Assembly (NCBI GenBank): GCA_026025075.1
Contig: JAPEUI010000118.1
Location: 1 to 49,373 of the forward strand
Source: Vezdaea acicularis
Lineage: Eukaryota
Direction: 5' to 3'
DNA length: 49,373 bases
The position numbers were made by a program, and so were the translations under genes. How positions within the stretch are numbered: the first letter of the stretch is position 1; each line of letters opens with the position of its first letter. The notes under the pieces are model-generated. The model searched no databases. It saw only the letters and a program-made list of their open reading frames with translations, and was not told the origin of the DNA. This document shows, in pieces, positions 11,725-22,953 of the stretch.

Positions 11725-14013
11725 ATGGCTCCGACCGCTTGTTCCGTTATCGACACCGAGGGTAAGGTCCCATCGACTAGCTCAAAGCAATCGAGGTCTG
11801 AGAAGGGCCAAACGTACCAAAGTGCTCCAAGCTTTGAGGACCTGCCAGATGAGGTCTTAAGGATTATTCTCAGCTATCTCCAGCCAGCTTTCTTACCTTG
11901 TATTGAACAAATTTCCAAACGCTTTCAGCTCCTTGCCACCGATGAGATACTCTGGAGAGATCAATGCCATGCATCTTTCACAATATGGAATCCCGAGCGT
12001 AGAATCAAAGCCAAGTTCAAGGAACCAATTGGAGCCATAAGATGGAAGGATGTGTTTGTGTCTCGTCAGACTACAGATCGCATGACAACTCGCCTCCTCG
12101 ACAGCATTCTAGGAACACAACGTGGTAGGATCTCAAAGTTTCATGAGGTGGTGAAGCTTGGTTATGAAACCAAGGAAACTCTTCTCAGGCACATGCAGGT
12201 GGACGACAGCGCTGAGGATGTGCTCTGCAGAAGGCTTGTCTATCAATACCAAATGATACTGGGGATTTTGTGCTGACCCTTAGAAATAGGTTCTATGCTA
12301 AAGCGGCGCTAGGCCATCTTCACCGTACAATAGCTGTAAGGGAGTGGATGAAGCTCAACGACGAAAGCACTTTGTGCGACACTTCATTAGAGCGTGTGCT
12401 AGGAGCTTTCGATATGTTCTTGTTCCAAGAAAAGGCTGGAGATTTTGACGACGTAGGTCCATCTGACAAGTGGCACAGTACGGGGCTCATGTTCAATAGA
12501 TCTCGAAATCTCTGGACGGGATTGCTTCCTTAGTCAGAACTGAGACCCCCAACCTAGATGGGATGACGACCAGAGAAAAAGCGCTAACGGTTGTGAGAGT
12601 TCTCCAGAAATATAACTTTATTGGCGTTGAAGAGCATTACACCCGTGCCCTTCGGAACAACTTCATCGGGTTCGCATTAAGAGACGAGAAACATCCTTCA
12701 TTACCGCTTGTATCAGTTGGAATCTTCTGTGCTGTTTCTCAGAGACTTAACATCGATGCTCGGCCTTGCGCATTTCCATTCCATGTACATGCTATTATTG
12801 TCCCGGAGGAAGGTTCTACGTTGGACTGTCGGCCGATGGTAAAAGAAGCCTCAACGGTGCTGACACCCCAGTCTCAAGCAAGTGGAAGCAATATGGCCGA
12901 TGAAGAACAGGTCAGTCCTGCAATAGATCGAGATATGATTTCTCAGACCGAACCGAATGGTGTACGGCAAACGAACGGAGGAGATCGGGAACATACAATC
13001 CGGACAGCGTCAGATGGAGCGTGGCGAATCCATAAACGAGACCAAGAAATGACAATCCGAGCCGGTGTAAATGATGCTCGGCAAGCTAATGGTAAAAGCT
13101 CTGAAAGATCATCTTGGATGTATCTTGATCCGTTCAGTTCTGCAGACGAGGTCTCTCTACAATCTCTCATATCTCAACTTCGTGCGATCGGAAGTTCTGT
13201 GGACGACGATGAGCAATATCTTAGCCCTGCATCGAACAGAGATATGACGATTCGGACCGGTTTGAATATAATACGAGCCGTCCAAGCCGTTACAGCCCGA
13301 GGTGCCGGCGCTGTCAGCTTGCAGAGTAAAGACAGTGCGTTCTACGCGGCGACTTGGGCGCTGACCGTGTTGAGCGGCGCCAGTCTTTCAGGCTCGAGCC
13401 CAGCAATGATCGCCGCGCGCCGCAAACAATACATCACACACCTCATTACTCAACTCCAGACACATTTTCCTAGCGACATATGCCTCGTCGAACAATATCT
13501 CCTTCCTTTCTTTTCAAGCCACGAGGAGTACCCCTCACTCGAGCAGACAATTCAGGCGATCTATTCGACTGATCGTATGCCGAAAGAAATCAAGTCCAGA
13601 GGTAGTGACGAAGCAGACCAGTATGTTTTATATAAGATCGGGCAAGTCTTCCGACATCGAACGCAGCGCTATCTCGCGGTGGTGACTGGTTGGGATTATA
13701 GATGTGCGCAGGATGAGGACTGGATTGCATATAACGGTGTCGATCGTTTACCAAAGGGGAGGAACCAGACATTTTACCACGCCCTGTAAGTTTAGCTGCC
13801 GACAAAAGACCATGTTCAAAGAAGAAATATTCATGATCATCTAGGGCAGAGGATAACATCATCCGCTATGTGGCTAATGAAAACATCACTTTCAAGGATA
13901 TCCCTGCTTATCCTGAAGTACTAATGAGCATTGCAGGTCGATACTTCAAGAGATGGGATGCAGATGCAGGTAAATTTACCTCGAACATTCGGGATGAGTA
14001 TCCCGATGATTAG
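11725..14013 (+). CDS. F-box protein with transglutaminase-like/SirB1 region and C-terminal YccV/HspQ-like domain (FBXO21-like), 4 exons
   Basis: F-box LPDEVLRIILSYL...VLW-type motif, SLPLVSVGIFCAV...FPFHVHA, YLDPF, YKIGQVFRHR...VVTGWD, RNQTFYH, RYVANEN, GRYFKRWD and the EYPDD C-terminus. Confidence 0.88.
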
Positions 14014-14257
14014 TATATAAGGGTTCTCTCGTATTTCGCGGATCTCCGAGTGTGCTCTAGAATGTATTATTATCATTATGGCTTTCCCATCTCTGCTCGG
14101 AACGCGGTTCCTAAAGCTCAATTCGCACGTGTTGCGTCCACCAAGCGCGGCGAAGGTATACCAATGCCGTGAACTTGAAAGACAGATCTGATCCAGCCCG
14201 GAGTCTTGGTCAAAAACTCTGGCAAAACTAGGTTGATACCATCTCTAGATGGTTGGG

Positions 14258-15482
14258 CTATCGCCGCAGACCGGTCCTGAGCATGAATTGCTGCGTTTCT
14301 TCTAGCGAAAAGCCTGCTAGTTGGCCTACTTCGAGCTGTACCAACACTGGCGCCTCTTGAAGGTCCTGCAGATTATTAAGAAACGACATGAGTTTCTGTT
14401 CAAACTCCTTGACATCGACACGCGAAGCCAGGATTTTGAGGTGCTCTTCCATGGAATGTTCCCTCGAGAGCAAGAACTACGGTCATCTGTTAGCTCCAAG
14501 TTGATGGGCCTTCAAGAGCGGTATTCACCATTGAAATAGATTCGAGCCTTATCTTCTCCCATTCCTCTCTAATTTCTGTATCTCCATCTCCAACAAACAT
14601 GGCGTTAATTATCCCCCCATCAGAGTCTGGCCCGTAGTGGTTTCCATCATTGGCACCCCAAGCAAATGCCTCCATTAGTACTTCCTCGCCTTTTGCCTGG
14701 AACGCGAGATATTGCTCCAAGGCAGCATGGATCATGAAACTCGCCGCGAGCTGCATCCAGCGCTCGCGAATCCTCCATGCGTCCCCCATCATTGATACCT
14801 TGGCGGAGAGTAGCACGAAGGAAGGCAACAGATCCAAAAGGGAAGTACTCTGCTCGCTACCATAATCTGCACGTGCGTCAATTACACCAAGCCGCTGCAG
14901 AAGGCTTTCTCGATAGCCATGTGCCAACACGATACTCACAGGCAATTCCTGGGAGAAAGGGGAAAGGCTATTATTTGGAAGCGACGAATCGTTCGTCAAG
15001 GGAGATGAGGGGGATTTGTGAGATATCCATGCTGCGGCTCTTAATCTATTTTCATTCCTAAGCGTGCCCAGTGTAGATGGAGATATATTTGTATGATCGT
15101 CTACAAGCCGACGCGTAAATAACGTTGTAAATTTGAGAAGGGTGAGGCGGAATTGGACGGTGCGAGGAAGGCAATGGCATGGGTGATGCGATTTAAAAAC
15201 AGATATAAAGGCTGTAGGTGAGGCGATCAGCTTTCAGAGCTAGACGTAGGAGGTGATAGTTTTACAGTCAAGCAGTTCAATAGCAGCGTCCGCGTGCCTC
15301 TGCGGGCTATCGGATATCGATGCAACGGGAGTTCCGTACTCTTTAAGCAAAGCTTTAATCGCCATGAATAGAAAGTAGTCGAGCATCATCTCGTCAACAT
15401 CAACTTGCAGGCTAGGGTTCGCCATTTTACCGTAGACCTTCACGCTGGACATGTCCTCTGCATCGGATTCAGGACGAGCCAT
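14258..15482 (-). CDS. Uncharacterised fungal protein, about 3 exons
   Basis: Three same-strand ORF segments joinable through GT-AG introns (EMMLDYFLF; FRLTLLKFTTLFTRR; LLDLLPSFVLLSA...WMQLAASFMIHAALEQ; PVLVQLEVGQL). Confidence 0.7.
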
Positions 15483-16626
15483 GCTCCTCTCTCAACAGTC
15501 TTGGAGTTCTGATAAGCCTGCGAACAAGAAGGCGATGTGTTTAGACGCTGCTAGATTTCAAGAACTTTCCGGCTTTGGGGGTGAGATGGAGAGATGGCGG
15601 CTGAATGAACATTGAGTGCTTCAACAATATAATAGAGCAAGGATAGCATTGAAAGAACATGGGTTGAAGATAAGAAAATATAGCGCGCAGAACAACCAGC
15701 AAAGAATGTATGATAAATAGGAAGAGAAATGAAGGAGAGGAAGAGGGGGCTTTCCGTCGCAAAAGCGGTGGTCGCGAAATTGTGGATGAATTGCGCCGGA
15801 AATCTCAGTATGCAGGTCTGTGATGTTCCTGCATTAGGGTCGCCGGCTTGCCGTCTGAACTCCAATGCGGGCGAGACGACGCTATCGATGGCGGCCGCGC
15901 ACAAGAGCGGATGCAGGGCAGGGTAGCCAGGACGAGTTAGATTTATGCAAGTTCACGGGACGATCAGCTCGTTCGCGATGCTGGCTGACGAAGTAGTGGT
16001 GATTCGTGATCGCAATGAGGTTATGTTATGGCCGCTGTAGCCTCATGCGGCATCCACCTGGAACTGCAAGTGTAAGGGGGGGCCCGACCGAACATGAGGT
16101 GGCTCCCCCTATCTACCCGCCGGTGTGGATCACTTGATGCGTCAGGGAGGCTGAGTGCAAAGGTAGATAATGTCAGGAAGGCCCTTTTGATTAGCATTAC
16201 CCATAATTACAGAGGGAGGCCATGTGCCAGGAGTAGATGCCCACTTAATCGCGCTTATCTCTATCAGGCGGGGCTACTATAAGATCTACTCCACGACGTT
16301 GCAGCGCAACCGTATCACTGCCCCTGCTACAACGTAATACATTCAAAATTCAGCTTATCAACGCAAGGTGAATCGATTCTTCGCCTTATATACACTATGC
16401 GTTCAACTTATATTTCTACATTCTAGCTTGACGCTATAGTTAACGCAGATTGCAGCGGTTCCAGCTGACTCCTCTATGTAGTACCCGCAGCAAGGCTCAC
16501 ACAGAATTCCTGAATGTCTCCACCCTATGTCAAGCACATCTTTGCGCAGCATAAGCGGAACTTTCGGTTGCTATCTCGCAAGCTCCCTGTAGTGTTGCAG
16601 GTAGGAAAAGACCGCAAACCCGTCTG

Positions 16627-18264
16627 TCATGTATCAAGAGCCTCGACAAGCGGCTTCAAAGCCCCTTTGCGGGCCAGAAACCTCAGCCATTTGCGTATAA
16701 GGGGCCCATGGTCAATTTGCCGGCTTAGCACATTCTGCTCGTCCATCTGGCTCGTCATCATCTCGTCCCTAATCTGGTGACGGATCGAAGTTTGATCGCT
16801 CGCAAGCTCGGCCCGAGCCTCCTTCATTATACTGACTTCCCCAATCTGCAATACCTCTATTATCTTCGGGCTGAGATCAGCGTTGTTGATAGTCTCAGTT
16901 TCAAGAAGGAATGCTTCGCTTGGGCCCAATAAAGTAGCTTCGTCGCCGTTTTCGTGGATCTCTTGCGCACCAGTATAGCCCCTCTGAAGTGCTGCATCTA
17001 GCTTGTTGATGGCATGGACATTGGACGCAAGCTCAACACGAAGCTTGACTAATGGGTCTTGACAAACAGCAAGGAGGGTGTATTCCAAACTGTCCTCGGT
17101 TTTTATTCGCTCTTCAATCTCCGAGGTAGCCATGGGAAGCCAGTTTCGGCCCTCTTTGATCTTTCCTACAAAAAGTTAATAATAAGGACGAGCCTATGGA
17201 ATCGGTCTGTACCTAGCCTCATAGGCGCACGCTCTAAGCCATCCAGCTTCCAGAGATGGCCTTCAATAGGGACAAAAGCTATGAAATGAAATCCAGCAAG
17301 CTCATCGCTCACAGTTGTCGAGTTTGACCGGTTTTTACCAGTCTTCGGAGCAGTTGCATAATTCTTGAGCGACAAGTCCTCATTCAACATGTCCATTTTC
17401 CTAAATCTCTCATGTCAAAAAGATCCTGAACAGAATTTACGAAGTCCCAAAGGGCATGGCAAGTATGGAAATATGTAATTTGTGGTTCGCGTCGGACGAA
17501 CCTTGCAAAAGAATTATGAACTTGTCTCACAAAGTCGAAATTGCCAATTGCATTACCCCGAAGATGTGGCGGGAAATCATATGTGAACTCCTTAAAAGCA
17601 GCAAGATTATCTCCAAGATCAAGCTCTGGTATATTGTTGACAATATTGAGGAGAGCGACGGTAGCACAAGCGTTGGGCGATGTCTTATAGTCGTTAGTGG
17701 CAGTTCACTTGCAGAGCCCTTGCCAGCATGGCACCTACTTGATTTGCAAACCAAACTCCAGGGGGGCTAAATTGCTCTTGCTTGTCCGGATCATCTTCCT
17801 TGAACCGAAAAAGGAAGATGAGACCATAGGTCGGTGATCTGAGTCTGTCAGAGGCCTGTAAGGTGCAAGAGAAGGGGGGGGGGGCAAGCGCACGGGATCA
17901 TATCAAGCATCTCTTCCTCAAGACTAAAGACTTCCTGCACTTTAATATCCTTTACACCGAAATTTTTGAGCATGGCGGTGAAACAAGCCTAGAGAACGGC
18001 TGGTAAGCACTCAATCTTATGTAAAGGAAGTGTTTCCCTAGCCATTGCTATGCACGGGTTGGGACGTACAGGATCAGAATCAATTTCACAGAAACCTTTC
18101 CATCTTTTCTTGTCCTGATCCGGTGTTTGGCCTAATGGATCGCCAAGGAAGAGCTGTTCGGGGGCAGGTGTGCTCAGGGCGGAAGCCCTTGCAGATGCTG
18201 ATGTTGATGTGGAAGCTGACGCATTTTTGGCTTTGGTCGAGCGGCGACGGGACCTCGTAGCCAT
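16627..18264 (-). CDS. Ubiquitin C-terminal hydrolase, peptidase C12 (UCH37/BAP1-like), multi-exon
   Basis: GFCEIDSDP, YGLIFLF, WFANQ|TSPNACATVALLNIVNN (catalytic Cys), FHFIAFVP (His), KLDGL (Asp), and a C-terminal ULD-like helix (PLIRKWLRFLARKGAL). Confidence 0.88.
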
Positions 18265-18890
18265 TGGGAGGAGGGCACAGATGCTCAGTTTCACCCTGTT
18301 GCTGACATTGTCGACATGGTCTTAGTGCATGCGGGTTTTGGTGTGTATTTTTGATTTTGAGGTTAGAAGCAAGGATTGAACATCACCGGGGATAGCCAGG
18401 GACAGAACAAGGCGCATGACGAGTTGCAAAAGATCCGAAATGGTGACATCTCGGATCCTCAAACTCAGCTATTCAGAGTGAAGCACATTAGGAGTGCTAG
18501 TCATCAAGTATTTGCGCGACAATAGCGACCGAGGCCAAGTCTAAGAGAATGGAGGCCATGGACGATGATGCAGAACCCGAAAGGCTCATTAGCCGCGGCA
18601 CACGCGCGCAAACATTTTCCTAGGTAGTCGCGTTCGCTAGAACACGCTCTACCTACACCAACAGAACCTATTCTCGCCGTCTACGGTCAAGCTATTTGCC
18701 CTATTTTCACGCGCAGTTGTAAAGACTAGCGTCTTCATTTTTGAATTCTGGCAATACAGATTTAGCTTAAAGGTTAGAAACTTTACTTTTGCTTTGTTAC
18801 GAAGCTTATTGACAGGGAATATCGTGTTTAGCAGATGGTCAAAACCCAATCAAACGGCTCGAGCCTGGTATCTTATGCCAATGCCTAGAC

Positions 18891-21800
18891 ATGTCGAAGT
18901 CGCAGCTTCCGACCGTGCCCGGGGCGAATAACATGATAAAGGACGAGGATCCCCCACTGATACCTTACGAGGTCTTGAACGGCCCAACACAACGACTCTA
19001 CATCGTCTCGATATACGTTGCCCTGAATGCATGGCGGTTATACAACTGGTTTGCGCTTGTGCAAAGCAATACGGAATCGCTCTGGCTCTTCCTCAAGTGG
19101 ACCGCCATTGACGGTATTTTCCTATACAACGTACCAAGTTTAAGAATACCCTATTTAAGATGGCCGTTCTCTATCACGACTACAATCTTCCTAGTGCATA
19201 CTTTACTAACCGGGATGCTTATGTTCAGAGCTTATGTGGGTTCTATGCAGGCGCCAAACGCACGATTAGACAAGCTAATGGAGTGTGAAGCCTCCTTTAG
19301 AATTGGCGCTGGTGACAGGAACGAAGGTACTTTCTGGCTCAGACATGTCCGTCCTAGAGCAGAAGGTTAGGCACGCAGACCTTCTCCCTGACAGGTCCCT
19401 TATACTTGGCAAACAGATTATCCACATCTTACCGGAAGCGTAAGTTTCTCTCTCCGTCTTACTCTTAACAGGTTTTCTGAGCTTTCCTAGTTCCGCAAGA
19501 CTTAGTTCTCAAAAGCAGAGTTTCTGCTTGGGACCAGGTAGGATGAACGTCGATATTCCACTGTTGATAAATCAGACGACACCGATCCAAATTGAATTAT
19601 TACGTTTTGACTTTGAAACGAACGAAAACGAAACCGTTTCTGTGCCCCCCAAGATGCTCAAAAGTCTTCTGAAAGACGCACATAAAGGATATGCAAAGAA
19701 CGACAAAGCTACGCCGCGGACTTTGCGTATTCCTGTTACAAGACCGGGACTTTACAGATTGCATAAGGTTGTGGACCAATCCAAACTAGAGGTGCAAAAG
19801 CGAGCGTCCGATATTCTGATAGTCGAGTGTCCAAAAGCAACCATAAAGCGTGCACACGCAAACAGATGTAAGGGGGAACTCTCGGATCTCGAGTTTGAGG
19901 TGACTGGCACACCGCCGATGAAAGTCAAGTACAGCCGATCCGTAAATGGTGAAAATAAAGGCTTTTCTTTTCAGAGTATTCACCCGGAACACCTTGTCTC
20001 ACCGCTCGCAGCACTTGGCTTGTCTGGAGCGCTCTCGCTGAACAGCATCGACATATCATGGGCACGATCTTTGGCCTTGAGCGTACCAGTCAATGAGTCA
20101 TTGGCTATTGGTGGAGAATGGAGCTACGCTATCAATGAAATTCACGATGCTTGCGGAAATGTCGCCAACTTCTCTCTTAGTAATGAAGGAGGAGAGCAGT
20201 TCTCCCTAGGAAGCCAACTTGAACAGCGTTTCCTTGTCCATGAGCGCCCGACTGTGGCGATCAATGGCTACGATGCACAGCAGTCATTGAAGCTTCCGGA
20301 AGGAAAGGCGGCTCCTTGGCCTCTGCTTTTGGGATCCACAGGCCGTAAGGTTCTTGACGTACCAATTACGGTCTCATACCTTTTCACTTCGATTGAGAAT
20401 TTGCAGGAGAATGGGGAACACATGTCGAGTGCAGAACAACATGAAGTGACCCTCAGCCCTCACCTTAAAACGCCTTCCCTTCAGAAGGCTGGCCTCTATT
20501 CACTGAAATCCGTGAAGAGTCAGTTTTGCATGGGCGAAGTCCAGGAACCAGCTACGTTTCTCTTAGTGAACCCCCCTCGGCCAACCTTATCGCTGGCTTC
20601 GGAAAAAATCTTCGACAAATGTGCTGGAAACTCGATCGGTCTACTTGTGGACGTGGACCTGATTGGTACTCCGCCTTTCAACATTCATTACGACGTCAGA
20701 CGCAAGGGCAGTAACGATGTGTCTCACGAAAACGTCATCTCAGATCGTTTCAAGTATCAACTAGAGTTGCGACCACCGAGAGCTGGGCATTATACCTACA
20801 CGTTCAGAAGTATCGATGACAATGTATACAGAGATCACTCTCTCAAGGGTAGCGAATTTGTTCTAGAACAAGACGTGAAGCCGCCTGCGTCTGCCCATTT
20901 CCTCAAGTCTGGTGTCACAAAGCGTGCTTGTATTGATGAGCCTATCGAGGCAAGGGTCCAGCTCCAGGGGGAAGGGCCTTGGGACTTGGAGTACGAGGTG
21001 GTTCAGGGTAAAAAGCGAACGAAATACAAAGCCAATGGCATTGAGACAGAGGAACATACTATCAGTACTGAAAAACTCAGTCAGGGTGGTGAATACTCGC
21101 TTGCTTTAGCTAGTATCAAGGATAAGACTGGTTGCAAAATATTCCTCGGCGAAGAGATCAAGGTTGACGTCCGTAGACAGCGCCCCAAAGCCGCCTTCGG
21201 GCTGGTGGATGGCGCCCGAACTATCTCAAGTCTTGAAGGTCGTCAAATTGGCCTACCACTCAAACTTACCGGAGAGTCTCCGTGGACTCTTTTTTATCGC
21301 AAATTGGACGGCCCAGCTTCAAACGAGACGGTTAGGCGTACGTTGTTTGACAAAAATAGTCATCTCGAAGTTAATTCTGCTGGAACTTACGAGATACAGG
21401 GCGTTCTTGATGCGACCTGCCCCGGGACCATTGAGGATACCGCGAAGTCTTTCGAGGTTAAATATGTTCCTCGGCCTCAGATCAGAATTGCTGAAAGTGC
21501 TGTGATTGAACAATCTGGATCTTCTTTCATGAAGAAGGAGGTTTGTGAAGGAGACGAAGACGCTATGGAGATTCATCTTAGTGGTCAGTCCCCTACGCGG
21601 ATTTCACCGTCTTCAATATTGACTCTAGAAACCTTCAGGCGCTCCACCGTTTCAAATAAAATACCAACAGAAGGTAAACCCAGAAAGAGGCTCGAAATCA
21701 GTAGCAAGCAAGGAGCTCATTGCAGGCCTGAATCTTGCGTCTGTAAAAATGGACACTTCTCGAGCTGGGAAGTATGAGTATCACTTTTTGGAGCTTGGTG

Positions 21801-22807
21801 ATAATTCATATGACCACGACCCACGAAAACACTCTCCCTTAGTCGTGGAACAGATAATCGTATCAAGACCATCAGCTCGATTTCTCAATCCTGGGAAGAC
21901 TTACAAATACTGCAAAGCCGAGGTGTCCGGAGATGAGATTATCCCAATCGTCCTAGAAGGCGTCGCTCCATTCTACGTCGAGATAGCTGTGGATCCTCAT
22001 AGTGGTGCGAAGCCCGAAATCATCAAAATTCCAAATATCGACGCAAACTCCTACAATTTCCGCATTCCGGATCGCGTGCTCTCTTTGGGTCATCATATAG
22101 TCACGCTACGAAAGGTTCGCGACGCTCGAGGGTGCCAGAGGAAAACAGAGTATGAAGGGCCCCGCGTTCAAGTCACCGTATCTGATGTCCCTGCAATATT
22201 TCCACTCGATAGCCGTTCCGATTATTGTGTCTATGAATGGATGTCTTTTACATTATCGGGCACTCCACCTTTCAGCGTCCATCATTCTTTTAATGGCGTC
22301 GAACGTCGTGGCACAGTCCCTACTACCACCTTCCGACGTAGTTCAAAAGACCCCGGAGATTTTACAATACTTTCTGTCTCAGATAGCGCAAGCGATTGTC
22401 TAGGCAAAGCGAATATAACGCACACTGTCCATCCTTTACCAGGGTCGACAATTAGTAAAGGCAGAACATCCGAAGTTGATATACCGGAAGGGGGCGAGGT
22501 CGAGATCTCCTTCGAATTTACAGGTACTCCTCCGTTCGAGTTTACGTAAGTATAACGACTTAATGGTTTCTTCATGATGCCCACACTAACAATCTCATGC
22601 AGATATACTCGAAGTACAACTACGAGAAGAGGAGAGAAGCCTGCCGTGCTTGAAACAAGGCATGAGGTATCATTCGAACATTCAAAAACTGTGCTCGTAA
22701 GGGACGAAGGGACATATGAGGTTATATCTATCAAGGACAGGTATTGCGCCTATTCGAATCAAAGAATCATGGCGACCCCTTCACAGCGAGCGATCAAGAG
22801 TTCTTAA
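18891..22807 (+). CDS. POM152: Nuclear pore membrane glycoprotein Pom152, about 5 exons
   Basis: PLIP...PTQRLY, FLKWTAIDGIFL...LRIPYL, ILGKQIIHILPE, repeated Ig-like modules with G(T/E)PP(F/W) motifs, and terminal GTYEVISIKDRYC. Confidence 0.92.
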
Positions 22808-22953
22808 ATCATGTCTTGTTTGGTTGACAGCGTTCTGCATTGCATAGGGGCAAGCATCTGTTTGGCAGCAGGCATTCCAGCCTTGCATTATATAGGCGTC
22901 TTTGCATACCTTGTCAATCAAGGCTTCACTTAAAAATCCTCTATCCGCGCTGT

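Noticed and set aside
12911..13107. Possible intron (GTCAGT donor) removing the F-box repeat insertion
   Set aside because: The nearby AG acceptors after the CTAAT branch (13098, 13107) would shift the frame, and the unspliced frame is open.
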